From an uncultured Verrucomicrobiae bacterium (lineage in GTDB: Bacteria > Verrucomicrobiota > Verrucomicrobiia > Chthoniobacterales > Chthoniobacteraceae): a stretch of 64,000 nt of DNA. The stretch lies in NCBI GenBank assembly GCA_963769025.1, contig CAVYKI010000012.1, positions 64,001-128,000 of the forward strand, written 5' to 3'. The stretch's first letter is position 1. The number at the start of each line of letters is the position of its first letter. The notes under the pieces are model-generated. The model had not been told where the DNA came from, did not search any database, and was given only the letters and a program-made list of their open reading frames with translations. The translations under genes were made by a program, and so were the position numbers. Of this stretch, positions 1 through 9,753 are shown in pieces.

Positions 1-672
1 GCCGCCGTAGCTTTCGCCGCAGAGGAATTTCGGCGACATCCAGCGCTGCTCGCGCGTGGCGAAGAGCCGGATGAATTCACCGCACGCCTCGACGTCTTCC
101 TCCACGCCCCAGAATTGCTCGCCCTTCTCGCCCTTCGCCGGCCGGCTCGCTCCGGTGCCGACGGGATCGATGAAGACGAGATCGGCGACATCGAGGATGC
201 TCATCGGGTTGTCGGTGATTTTTCCGAGTACCTCGGGTGTGCGACCGTCGGGCGGGAGCGAGATTTTTTTCGGGCCAAGTCCGCCGAAGTGCAGCCACAC
301 GGCGCTGCTGCCGGGCCCGCCGTTGAAGCAGAAAATGATCGGGCGCGCGGTGTCGGCGGAGGCGAGCGGCTTCCCGTCCTTCCCGGTGCGCGCGTAGTAC
401 ACGAAGAACACGTCCGCACGCGTCGCGCCGTCGTCCTTCAGCAGCGGAAGCGTGCCGGTCTTCGTGGCATAGGTGACCTCGGCGCCCGCGATGGTCACGC
501 TGCCCTTGCCCTCCTTCGGCTTCTGCTCCTTGGGCTTTTCGTCCTTCTTGTCGTCCTTCTTTTCCGCAGGTGCGTCCTTTTTCTCCTCGGGCTTTGGCTC
601 GTCGGCACGCAGCGGCGATGCGGCGAGTGCCGCGGAGAAGATGGCGACGAGGGGGAGCGGGAGTTTGAACAT
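1..672 (-). CDS. Serine carboxypeptidase, peptidase S10 family, secreted (3' end runs off the window)
   Basis: Manual translation from ATG 672: signal peptide MFKLPLPLVAIFSAALAA, then FCFNGGPGSSAVWLH, DLVFIDPVGTG and the nucleophile motif GESYGG at the window edge. Confidence 0.9.
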   Translation of the reverse strand, partial: MFKLPLPLVAIFSAALAASPLRADEPKPEEKKDAPAEKKDDKKDEKPKEQKPKEGKGSVTIAGAEVTYATKTGTLPLLKDDGATRADVFFVYYARTGKDGKPLASADTARPIIFCFNGGPGSSAVWLHFGGLGPKKISLPPDGRTPEVLGKITDNPMSILDVADLVFIDPVGTGASRPAKGEKGEQFWGVEEDVEACGEFIRLFATREQRWMSPKFLCGESYGG

Positions 673-772
673 GGCGGAGAACAGACACCAGAAGGCGGCA
701 TCCGCTCAATCACCATCGCATCCGCCGGAACTCGGGCGCGACTTTGCCGCGCCGTGCGGGTTCATGTGCGGA

Positions 773-1372
773 ATGAAACGCCTGCTCCCCCTCCTCCTCG
801 CCCTCGCCACCGCCACATCCCTGCGCGCCGCGGACCAGCCCATCGACATCGAACGCGCGAAGGAGCTCTTCCAGCGCTCGCAGTCCGGCGGGAAGCTGAC
901 GGACGACGAACAGAAATACCTCGACGAGGCGAAGCGCCAGCGCGCGGGTGGCGGCGACGCGATGCGGGAGAAAATGAGGGGCATCGAGGAGAAGATGGAT
1001 CGCGGCGAGACGCTGACCGAAGAGGAACGGAAGCTCGTGGAGGAATTCCGCAAACGCGCGGCCAGCCAGCCCGGCGGCGCGGAGATGGAACGCGCGCGTT
1101 CGCTTTTCGAGAAAAAGCAGCGCGGCGAAACGCTGACTGCGGACGAGGAAAAGCTCCTCGGTGAAATGCAGGCGCGCCGCATGGCCGCGGAGCAGGCGGC
1201 TGGAAAGCCCGGTGAATTCACGTGGCCGAGGGCGCAGGCGGCGCACGCGAAGGAGCAGCGCGGCGACACGCTCACGGATGACGAGAAGAAGCTGCTCGCC
1301 GAGGCGCGGAAGCGCTTTGAGGAAGGCCGCGGGCCGGATCAGGAACCGGCAACGCCAAAGCGACCGCAATAA
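773..1372 (+). CDS. Secreted hypothetical protein made of four ~40-aa helical repeats
   Basis: Signal peptide MKRLLPLLLALATATSLRA; repeats SGGKLTDDEQKYL, RGETLTEEERKLV, RGETLTADEEKLL, RGDTLTDDEKKLL. Confidence 0.8.
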   Translation: MKRLLPLLLALATATSLRAADQPIDIERAKELFQRSQSGGKLTDDEQKYLDEAKRQRAGGGDAMREKMRGIEEKMDRGETLTEEERKLVEEFRKRAASQPGGAEMERARSLFEKKQRGETLTADEEKLLGEMQARRMAAEQAAGKPGEFTWPRAQAAHAKEQRGDTLTDDEKKLLAEARKRFEEGRGPDQEPATPKRPQ

Positions 1373-1481
1373 TCCCGCCGCGACCGTTCCCCACGATCCC
1401 GCCTACGAAGCGCGGCGCTTGGGGATTGCACCCTGCGACCCTTTCCGAGACAAACCCCTCCCCTTCCCACACCAACCAGCC

Positions 1482-2710
1482 ATGAAACTCGCAGCCGTTC
1501 TCCTCACCCTCTCCCTCCCCGCGCTCGCAGCCGACTGGCCGCAATGGCGCGGGCCGAACCGCGACGAAAGCTCGACGGAAACCGGCCTCCTCAAACAGTG
1601 GCCGGCGAGCGGGCCGAAAAGCGTGTGGGTCTTTGAAAACGCCGGCCAGGGCTACAGCGGCTTCGCGGTCGCGGCGGGCAAGCTCTTCACGCTCGGCACG
1701 CGCGACGGGAAGGAAATCCTCCTCGCGCTCGATGCGAACACCGGCAAGGAACTCTGGGCCTCGCCGATCGGCGACATCCTCGGCAACGGCTGGGGCGACG
1801 GCCCGCGCAGCAGCCCGACGGTGGACGGCGACCGCGTCTATGCGCTCGCCGGAAAGGGAAATCTCGTCTGCGCGCAGGTGACGGACGGCAAGGTGCTGTG
1901 GACAAAATCCATGCACGATCTCGGCGGCAAGACGCCCGGCTGGGGATACTCGGAATCGCCGCTCGTCGACGGCAAGCTCGTCGCTCGCCACCCCCGGCGG
2001 CGACAAGGGCACCGTGGCGGCCCTCGACAAAATGACCGGCGCGCTCGTCTGGCAGAGCGCCGACATCACCGAGGGCGCGCAGTATTCGTCCATCATCCCC
2101 GCGACCATCAACGGCAAGAAGCAATACGTGCAGCTCGTGATGCAGACGCTCTTCGGCGTGGACGCCGCGACGGGCAAACTCATCTGGCGCGCGCCCTGGT
2201 CCGCGGGCCGCACGGCGGTCATCCCGACGCCCATCGTGAAGGGCGACGAGGTCTTCATCAGCAGCGGCTACGGCGCGGGCTGCATGAAGGTGAAAGTGAA
2301 CGGCAGCGAGGCTCCCGTCGTCTTCATGAACAAGGATCTCGAAAACCACCACGGCGGCGTGATCCTCGATGGCGGCTACCTTTACGGCCACAGCAAGGAC
2401 GGCTGGACGTGCATGGACTGGACCGACGGCAGCGTGAAGTGGAAGGAAAAGGGCGCGCTCGGCAAAGGCGCCATCAGCCATGCCGACGGGATGTTTTACT
2501 GCCTCGACGAAAGGAGCGGCAACGTCGCGCTCATCGAGGCGTCGCCGAAGGCCTGGAGCGAGAAAGGGCGCTTCAAACTCGATCCGCAGTCGAGCATCCG
2601 CAGCCCGAAGGGCGCCATCTGGACGCACCCCGTCATCGCGAACGGCAAGCTGTATCTGCGCGACCAGAATCTCATCCACTGCTACGACGTGAAGACGGCC
2701 GACGCCGTAA
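1482..2710 (+). CDS. PQQ-binding-like (BamB-type) beta-propeller protein, frameshifted near 1985 and probably near 2700
   Basis: Signal peptide then DWPQWRGPNRD, GPRSSPTVDGDRVY; continues in the 2014 frame with AQYSSII and WTHPVIANGKLYLRDQ; likely true stop TAA 2708-2710. Confidence 0.85.
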
Positions 2711-2743
2711 TCCACCTCGGAAAACCTCACCCATATCCAACCC

Positions 2744-3259
2744 ATGAAACTCCTCACCTCCATCCTCGCCACCGCAGCCCTCACCTCGTTCACCTTCGCC
2801 GCGGATGCGCCGCTCGCCGTCGGCGCCGCTGCGCCCGCGCCCAGCGCGAAGGATCAGGACGCGAAGACTGTGAACTTCAAGGACGTTTACGCAAAAGGCG
2901 CGACGCTCGTGTATTTCTACCCGAAGGCGGACACCGGCGGCTGCACGAAGCAGGGCTGCTCGCTCCGCGACAATTGGGACGCGCTCACGAAGAAAGGCAT
3001 CCAGGTGCTCGGCGTGAGCGGCGACAAGCCCGAGGCGCAAAAGGCGTTCCGCGACAAGAACACGTTTCCCTTCCCGCTCATCGCAGACGATGACGGCAAG
3101 GTCGCCGCGGCCTTTGGCGTGCCCGCGATGAAGCCGGGCATCTACAAGCGCACCTCGTTCCTCGTGAAGGACGGCAAGATCGCCTGGAACATGACCGAAA
3201 AGACCACCACGGAGACGCACGCCGCCGACGTGATCAAGGCGGTCGAGTCGCTGAAGTAG
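2744..3259 (+). CDS. bcp: Peroxiredoxin, BCP/PrxQ type, with signal peptide
   Basis: VYFYPKADTGGCTKQGC (PxxxTxxC plus resolving Cys), VLGVSGD, FPLIAD, KRTSFLV. Confidence 0.9.
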   Translation: MKLLTSILATAALTSFTFAADAPLAVGAAAPAPSAKDQDAKTVNFKDVYAKGATLVYFYPKADTGGCTKQGCSLRDNWDALTKKGIQVLGVSGDKPEAQKAFRDKNTFPFPLIADDDGKVAAAFGVPAMKPGIYKRTSFLVKDGKIAWNMTEKTTTETHAADVIKAVESLK

Positions 3260-3363
3260 CGGAATCCCAGCGGCGGAAAACGCGGGCGCATTCGGGCGTT
3301 GCGCGAGGGCTATCCGCGGGCAATATCCCGCGAACCCCTCCCCTGCCCGCGCATCACATTCCC

Positions 3364-4719
3364 GTGAAGACCCTCCGCACCCTCGCAATCCTCGCCGCGC
3401 TCCTCGTCGCCCCGCCGCTGCTGCGCGCGCAGACTTCCGGCTCCGCGTCCACCGCTCCGGGGGTGATGCTCGACGCGCTCATCACGGGCGAAAATCCGTG
3501 GGAGGTGACCCCGGAGCAATTTGAGACGACCTTCAAGACATCGCGCCCGCAGTGGCTCACGGCGCAAAAGGATCAGGCGCGGCTCTTCGGGAATTACGGG
3601 CTGTGGGCCGGCGCGATTCCGGTGAAGGAGGCGGTGGTCGAGTTTCAAGGCGGAAAACTGGCCCGCGTGAACCTCTCGATTTTCAATCGCGGCGACAGCG
3701 GCAGCGGTTTCGCGAGCCGCGCCGAGTTTGAAAAGCAGCTCGAGGCATTCAAGGCGACCATCACCTCGAAGGTCGGCGCGCAACCCGTGGATCTCGGCCG
3801 GCAAAGTGCCAGCGCGGTGAAGGCGATGGGATTTTCATGGTCGAAGGCGCCGTCCATTTACCTCCTCGAATACAGCTACCAAAAGGACGCGAAGGCAACA
3901 GGCGTACAGTTCAAGCCGGAGTTTGTGCGGCTCCGCGCCGCGCCTTTGCCAAAGCAGCTCGGCCTCGGCTCGGCGGTCGCTTCCGCGCCGTCCGCCGGCC
4001 AGCGCGTGAGCAAGGCCTCGCTGCTCGCAAACATCACGAAGGATCCTGGCGGCGACGTGTTCATCAAGAACGTGCCGATGGTGGACCAGGGGCCGAAGGG
4101 CTACTGCGCCGTCGCGACCGCGGAGCGCGTCTTCCGATACTTCGGCATGCCCGTGGACCAGCACGAGATGGCGCAAATCGCCAACACCGGCGCCGGCGGC
4201 GGCACGAATCCCGATGCGATGCTCAAGGCGCTCACCGCGCTGCAGGGCCGGCTTCACGTCCGCGTGCGCGCGATTTCGAGCTGGGACTATGCGGAGTTCA
4301 GCCGGATGATCGCGGACTACAACCGCGAGGCGAAGCGGAACAAGAAGACGGAGATCAACCTCGCAGGCATGCGCACGATCGACATCGGAGCGATCTACGC
4401 TTCCATGGATCCCGATTCGCTGAAGGAGTCGAAGACGGTGAAAAAGAAGGGCGACTTCGAGAAGTTCAAGCGCGCAGTCTTCGAGAAAATCGACCAGGGA
4501 ATCCCCGTGATGTGGAGCGTGTCGCTGGGCCTGTATCCGGAGGCGGAGATCCCGCAGGCACGGGGTGGCCACATGCGGCTCATCATCGGCTACAACAACA
4601 AGTCGAACGAACTCATCTACTCCGACTCGTGGGGCGCTCAGCACGCGATGAAACGGATGCCGAGCGATAACGCCTTCTCGATGACGACCGGGCTCTACTA
4701 CATGGCGCCCTTCGAATAG
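3364..4719 (+). CDS. Secreted protein with C-terminal papain-like/C39-like cysteine peptidase domain
   Basis: Signal peptide; VPMVDQGPKGYC (Gln/Cys), GGHMRLIIGY (His), YSDSWG (Asp). Confidence 0.8.
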   Translation: MKTLRTLAILAALLVAPPLLRAQTSGSASTAPGVMLDALITGENPWEVTPEQFETTFKTSRPQWLTAQKDQARLFGNYGLWAGAIPVKEAVVEFQGGKLARVNLSIFNRGDSGSGFASRAEFEKQLEAFKATITSKVGAQPVDLGRQSASAVKAMGFSWSKAPSIYLLEYSYQKDAKATGVQFKPEFVRLRAAPLPKQLGLGSAVASAPSAGQRVSKASLLANITKDPGGDVFIKNVPMVDQGPKGYCAVATAERVFRYFGMPVDQHEMAQIANTGAGGGTNPDAMLKALTALQGRLHVRVRAISSWDYAEFSRMIADYNREAKRNKKTEINLAGMRTIDIGAIYASMDPDSLKESKTVKKKGDFEKFKRAVFEKIDQGIPVMWSVSLGLYPEAEIPQARGGHMRLIIGYNNKSNELIYSDSWGAQHAMKRMPSDNAFSMTTGLYYMAPFE

Positions 4720-4811
4720 GGTTGCTCCGTTGGCGCCATCGCCAAATGCACGACTTTGGTCCCCGATTTCCGCATCCATCGCGGGCCGCGGAACGTCACG
4801 CGATCAAGCGT

Positions 4812-5183
4812 TCAGGCGGCGACCCGCACCAGGACTTGCCTCACCGTCGCGAGCAAGACGTCGATGTCCACCGGCTTCGAGAGAAAGTGACAGCCGCCGC
4901 GCAAACCGCCTTCCTGCATTGTCACGAGTGATGTGACGAAAATGACCGGCGTGGCTGAAAGCTCCGGAGCGGCGCCCAGTTCCGCCGCGATGCCGCCGCC
5001 ATCCTTGCCCGGCATGTCCACATCGAGAAGGGCGAGGTGCGGGCGGAATTCCCGCGCTGCGGTGAGTGCGGCGAAAGAGCGGTTTTCTTCCCGTACCTCG
5101 TACCCGTTCTTCCGGAGAATGCAGCCCAGCAAAGCCGAGATTCTCGCGTCGTCGTCAACTATCAGGATTCGCTTTTTGCTCAT
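4812..5183 (-). CDS. Single-domain response regulator (CheY-like)
   Basis: RILIVDDD, LLDVDMPGKDG, IFVTS, FLSKPVD. Confidence 0.9.
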   Translation of the reverse strand: MSKKRILIVDDDARISALLGCILRKNGYEVREENRSFAALTAAREFRPHLALLDVDMPGKDGGGIAAELGAAPELSATPVIFVTSLVTMQEGGLRGGCHFLSKPVDIDVLLATVRQVLVRVAA

Positions 5184-5437
5184 GCCAGCGATCCAAGCAG
5201 GCGCCATTCACAGGCGGGTTGGCGGAAATCGGTATTTGTCAGGAGGGAAAATCCCGGGAGCGAATCCAACCCGTGTCCATAAATGCGTTGCGCGTCCTTC
5301 CCGAGCGGACGAATTCTTAAATGCGGATTGTTCCCATGACTCAGCACTGGACATTTTTTTGGGGGGTGAGCACCGGGTTCCGTGTGATTCAGAACCGCAG
5401 CCGGACCGGGAGCAGGCGGCCCCGACATGCCCCAGCC

Positions 5438-5486
5438 GGTGTGAAACACAGTGTCATAGGCATGTCACTCATCGTCTGTTCACACC
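5438..5486. promoter_or_regulatory. Imperfect nested palindrome upstream of the XRE-receiver gene; candidate operator
   Basis: ggtgtgaaaca...gtgtcat-aggc-atgtcac...tgttcacacc; both arm pairs are near reverse complements. Confidence 0.35.
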
Positions 5487-5511
5487 CGCGATAGTATCCA
5501 CACTCACGTAG

Positions 5512-6192
5512 ATGAAGATGAAACCTGTCGAATTCAAATCCTCCTTTGGCAATGCGGTCAAAATGACCCGCTCGGAGCTGCATTTCTCGCAGGAAGAACT
5601 GGCGGATCGCGCAGGACTTCACCGCACCTATGTGTCCGACGTGGAACGCGGCAGGAGGAACATTTCCTTGGAGAACATCCAGAAGCTGGCCAAAGCGCTC
5701 AACCTCTCCGCGTCGGCGCTTTTCCAGCGTGCAAATGACGGCAATGGAAGCGCGCACCCGGTGGCAATCCTGCTCGTCGAGGATGAACCCGCGGACTTGG
5801 AACTGGCGCTGCGGGCCTTCAAGAAGGCGAAGATCACGAATCCGGTGCATGTCGCGCGGGATGGAGCTGCCGCGTTGGAATTCATCTTCGAGCCCACGCG
5901 CGTGGACGAATGGCACAATCAATCCTCGCTCTTGATTTTGCTCGACCTCGCTCTGCCGAAAGTGAGCGGCCTGGAGGTGCTGAGACGCATCAAAGCAGAC
6001 CCCCGCACGCGCGGGCTTCCGGTGATTGTGCTGACGGCTTCGCAGCAGGATCGCGACGTCGCGGAGTGCCGGCGACTGGGCGTCTCCAATTACATTGTGA
6101 AGCCGGTGGGCTTCCGGAATTTCAGCGAGATCACTCCCGGTCTTGAACTGGAATGGACCCTGACGAGGTCTTCGGGCCACCGGGCAGCATGA
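5512..6192 (+). CDS. XRE-family HTH fused to a C-terminal Rcp1-like receiver domain
   Basis: SQEELADRAGLHRTYVSDVERGRRNISL then ILLVEDEP, LLDLALPKVSG, YIVKPV. Confidence 0.9.
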   Translation: MKMKPVEFKSSFGNAVKMTRSELHFSQEELADRAGLHRTYVSDVERGRRNISLENIQKLAKALNLSASALFQRANDGNGSAHPVAILLVEDEPADLELALRAFKKAKITNPVHVARDGAAALEFIFEPTRVDEWHNQSSLLILLDLALPKVSGLEVLRRIKADPRTRGLPVIVLTASQQDRDVAECRRLGVSNYIVKPVGFRNFSEITPGLELEWTLTRSSGHRAA

Positions 6193-6208
6193 GGAGAGCA
6201 CGCCGGAA

Positions 6209-9200
6209 GTGAACCCCGCGGACACCCAAAAGCACTCCCCCGACCGAGCCCTGAACCTGCAGATTGCAGGAGGGCGTCAGCCGGATGAACTCTTCCGGCT
6301 GGTCGTCGAGGCCACCCCCAATGCGATCGTGCTGGCCAACGCACAGGGGCTCATCCTCCTGGTGAACTCGGAGGCTGAAAAGCTCTTCGGCTATGACCGT
6401 GAGGAATTGGTCGGGAAACCTGTCGAGATGCTCCTGCCGGACCGGTATCGCGCGGCGCACCCGGGCTATCGCTCGGCCTACGCCGGGCAGCCGGAGACGC
6501 GGGCGATGGGCGCGGGGCGCGAACTTTTCGCACGGCGCAAGGACGGGTCGGAGGTGCCCGTCGAGATCGGCCTCAATCCCGTGGCCGGGCCCCAAGGCAC
6601 GCTCATCCTGAGCGCGATCATCGACATCACGGAACGCAAACAGACGGACGACCGGCTGCACGCTTCGCTGAAGGAGATCGGCGATCTGAAGGCGGCGCTC
6701 GACGAGCACGCCATCGTGGCGATCACGGATCCGCAAGGTCGGATCACGTTTGTGAACGAGAAGTTTTGCGCAATTTCCAAATACTCGCGCGGGGAACTGC
6801 TCGGGCAGGATCACCGCATCATCAATTCCGGCTTTCATCCCACGGAGTTCATCCGCGATCTCTGGACGACGATCACGCACGGGCGGGTCTGGCACGGCGA
6901 AATCAAGAACCGCGCGAAGGACGGGTCGTTTTATTGGGTGGACACGACCATCGTGCCGTTCCTCAACGAGCAGGGGAAGCCGCGGCAGTATGTGGCCATC
7001 CGGGCCGACATCACGGAACGCAAGCGCATCGAGGATCAGCTTCGCGCGTCGCTCAAGGACATCGGGGATCTGCAAGCGGCGCTCGACGAGCATGCGATTG
7101 TGGCGATCACCGATCCGCAGGGGCGGATCACCTATGTGAACGACAGGTTCTGCGCGATCTCGAAGTATTCACGCGAGGAATTGCTCGGGCAGGACCACCG
7201 GATCATCAACTCGGGCTTCCACCCCACGGAATTCATCCGGGACCTGTGGACGACGATCGCGCACGGGCGCGTGTGGCGAGGGGAAATCAAGAACCGCGCG
7301 AAGGACGGTTCGTTCTATTGGGTGGACACGACCATCGTGCCGTTCCTCAACGAGCAGGGAAAGCCGCGCCAATATGTGGCCATCCGCGCCGACATCACCG
7401 AGCGCAAGCGCGTCGAGGGGCAGCTCCGCGCATCACTCCAGGAGGTGAACGACCTGAAGGCGGCGCTGGATGAGCACGCCATCGTGGCCATCACCGATCC
7501 GCAGGGGCGGATCACCTACGTGAACGACAAATTCTGTGCGATCTCGAAATACTCGCGCGAGGAGCTGCTCGGCCAGGATCACCGCATCATCAACTCCGCC
7601 TTTCATCCCACGGAGTTCATCCGCGAGCTGTGGACGACGATCACGCACGGGCGGGTCTGGCACGGCGAAATCAAGAACCGCGCGAAGGACGGGTCGTTTT
7701 ACTGGGTGGACACGACCATCGTGCCGTTCCTCAACGAGCAGGGGAAACCGCGCCAGTATGTGGCGATCCGGGCCGACATCACGGAGCGCAAGCGGGCCGA
7801 GGAAGAAGCCGCGCGGCTGGTCGCCATTGTCGAATCCTCCGACGAAGCCATCATCGGCAAGGATTTGAACGGGATCGTCACGAGCTGGAACACGGGGGCG
7901 GCGAAGATCTTCGGCTACTCCGCCTCGGAGATGATCGGCCAACCGGTCACGCGCCTGATTCCGCCGGAGCGCCAGGACGAGGAGGTGCGGATTCTCGAGA
8001 ATATCCGGCACGGCGAAAACGTGCGGCAATTCGAGACGGTGCGGGTTCGCAAGGATGGGAGCACTTTCGACGTCCTGCTGACGGTGTCCGCGATCAAAGA
8101 CCGGGAAGGCAGAATCGTCGGTGCCTCGAAGGTGGCGCGCGACATCACCGACCAAAAGCGGGCCGAGGCGGCGCTGCGCGAGAGCGAGGACCGGCTGCAC
8201 CGGTCCGTCGAGGAGTCGCCGATCCCGATGATCATCCATGACGAGGACGGCCGCATCCTGCTGCTGAGCAAGGGCTGGACGAAATTCTCGGGCTACACGA
8301 TCGATGAAATACCGACGATGTCCGACTGGACGGAGAAGGCGTATGGCGAGCGCAAGGAAACGGTGAAGGCGTATATCGACGAGCTCTTCGCCATCGGTGA
8401 AACGGTGGCGAACGGCGAATGGACCATCACGGCGAAGGACGGGGCGAAACGGATTTGGGATTTTCAGACAACGCCGCTCGGGCAGTCGAGTGCGGGCCGG
8501 CGGGTGCTGCTCAGCCTCGCGGTGGATATCACGGATCGGAAGCGGGCCGAGGATGAGATTCGCCAGCTCAATACGGAACTCGAACAGCGCGTGATCCAGC
8601 GCACGGCGGAATTGGAAGCGGCGAACAAGGAGCTGGAGGCGTTTTCGTATTCCGTCTCGCACGATCTGCGCGCGCCGCTGCGCGCGGTGGACGGGTTCGC
8701 GCAGGCGGTGGTGGAGGATTACGGTCCGCAGTTGCCGGAGGAGGGCCGGCGTTACCTGCAGACCATCCGGCACGGGGCGCAGAAAATGGGCGCGCTCATT
8801 GACGACTTGCTGACCTTCTCCCGCCTCAGCCGCGCGCCCCTGAACAGGAAGGAAGTGAACACGGGAAGCCTCGTGCAGGGGGTTCTTGAAGACCTGCGTT
8901 CCCAGCATGCCGGGCGGAAGATCGAGCTGCGAATCGGGGAACTGCCGGCTTGCGGCGGCGATCCCGCCTTGCTCAAGCAAGTCTGGGTCAATCTCCTGTC
9001 GAACGCATTCAAATACACGCAGAAGCGCGAGGCCGCGGTGATCGAGATCGGCTGCGAGGCAAAGCCCGAGGACGATGTCTGGTTCGTACGCGACAACGGC
9101 ACGGGGTTCGACATGCGCTATGCGGACAAGCTCTTCGGAGTCTTCCAGCGGCTGCACCGCGCGGAGGATTTCGAGGGCACGGGCGTCGGCCTCGCCATCG

Positions 9201-9304
9201 TGCAGCGGATTATTCACCGCCACGGCGGACGTGTCTGGGCCGATGCCGCCGTCGGGGGCGGAGCGACCTTTTATTTCACCCTCAAAGGAGAAACCAAACC
9301 ATGA
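6209..9304 (+). CDS. Cytoplasmic multi-PAS sensor histidine kinase (six PAS domains, HisKA, HATPase)
   Basis: Repeated DITERK PAS ends; H-box [39 protein letters not shown]; no TM segment seen. Confidence 0.95.
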   Translation: MNPADTQKHSPDRALNLQIAGGRQPDELFRLVVEATPNAIVLANAQGLILLVNSEAEKLFGYDREELVGKPVEMLLPDRYRAAHPGYRSAYAGQPETRAMGAGRELFARRKDGSEVPVEIGLNPVAGPQGTLILSAIIDITERKQTDDRLHASLKEIGDLKAALDEHAIVAITDPQGRITFVNEKFCAISKYSRGELLGQDHRIINSGFHPTEFIRDLWTTITHGRVWHGEIKNRAKDGSFYWVDTTIVPFLNEQGKPRQYVAIRADITERKRIEDQLRASLKDIGDLQAALDEHAIVAITDPQGRITYVNDRFCAISKYSREELLGQDHRIINSGFHPTEFIRDLWTTIAHGRVWRGEIKNRAKDGSFYWVDTTIVPFLNEQGKPRQYVAIRADITERKRVEGQLRASLQEVNDLKAALDEHAIVAITDPQGRITYVNDKFCAISKYSREELLGQDHRIINSAFHPTEFIRELWTTITHGRVWHGEIKNRAKDGSFYWVDTTIVPFLNEQGKPRQYVAIRADITERKRAEEEAARLVAIVESSDEAIIGKDLNGIVTSWNTGAAKIFGYSASEMIGQPVTRLIPPERQDEEVRILENIRHGENVRQFETVRVRKDGSTFDVLLTVSAIKDREGRIVGASKVARDITDQKRAEAALRESEDRLHRSVEESPIPMIIHDEDGRILLLSKGWTKFSGYTIDEIPTMSDWTEKAYGERKETVKAYIDELFAIGETVANGEWTITAKDGAKRIWDFQTTPLGQSSAGRRVLLSLAVDITDRKRAEDEIRQLNTELEQRVIQRTAELEAANKELEAFSYSVSHDLRAPLRAVDGFAQAVVEDYGPQLPEEGRRYLQTIRHGAQKMGALIDDLLTFSRLSRAPLNRKEVNTGSLVQGVLEDLRSQHAGRKIELRIGELPACGGDPALLKQVWVNLLSNAFKYTQKREAAVIEIGCEAKPEDDVWFVRDNGTGFDMRYADKLFGVFQRLHRAEDFEGTGVGLAIVQRIIHRHGGRVWADAAVGGGATFYFTLKGETKP
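6623..7792 (+). repeat. Three tandem 384-bp (128-aa) near-identical PAS units within the kinase
   Basis: gacatcac(g/c)ga(a/g)cgcaa recurs at 6623, 7007, 7391, 7775; copies differ largely at synonymous sites. Confidence 0.95.
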
Positions 9305-9753
9305 GCGAAACCACCCATATCGAAATCCTGCTGGTCGAAGACAACCCTCAGGACCTGGAACTTGCGCAGCGCGCGCTGCGCAAGGCCAATGTCACAAACC
9401 GAATTCATATCGCCCGCGACGGTGCGGAGGCGCTGGAGTTTATTTTCTGCGAAGGGCCGCACGCCGCGCGGAAGATCGAGGATTCGCCCAAGGTGATCCT
9501 GCTGGATCTGAAGCTGCCGAAGGTGGACGGACTCGAAGTGCTCAAGCGCATCAAGGGCGATCCGCGCACCCGTGCGATCCCGGTGGTCGTGCTCACTTCC
9601 TCGAAGGAACAGAACGACGTGGTGGAAAGCTACGATCTGGGCGTGAACAGTTACATCGTGAAACCGGTGAATTTCGAGGGGTTTGTCTCGGCGGTGCAGC
9701 AGCTCGGGATGTACTGGCTGCTGCTCAACCAGCCACCAGCGCTGGAAAAATAA
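9301..9753 (+). CDS. Rcp1-like single-domain response regulator
   Basis: [39 protein letters not shown] overlap with the kinase. Confidence 0.95.
   Translation: MSETTHIEILLVEDNPQDLELAQRALRKANVTNRIHIARDGAEALEFIFCEGPHAARKIEDSPKVILLDLKLPKVDGLEVLKRIKGDPRTRAIPVVVLTSSKEQNDVVESYDLGVNSYIVKPVNFEGFVSAVQQLGMYWLLLNQPPALEK

Noticed and set aside
2711..3093. C-terminal extension of ORF 2014..3093 over the peroxiredoxin
   Set aside because: Arg-rich shadow translation, best explained by a frameshift just before the TAA at 2708
6623..7792. 384-bp repeats as an assembly artefact or CRISPR-like array
   Set aside because: Copies are in frame, differ at many synonymous sites and have no repeat-spacer structure
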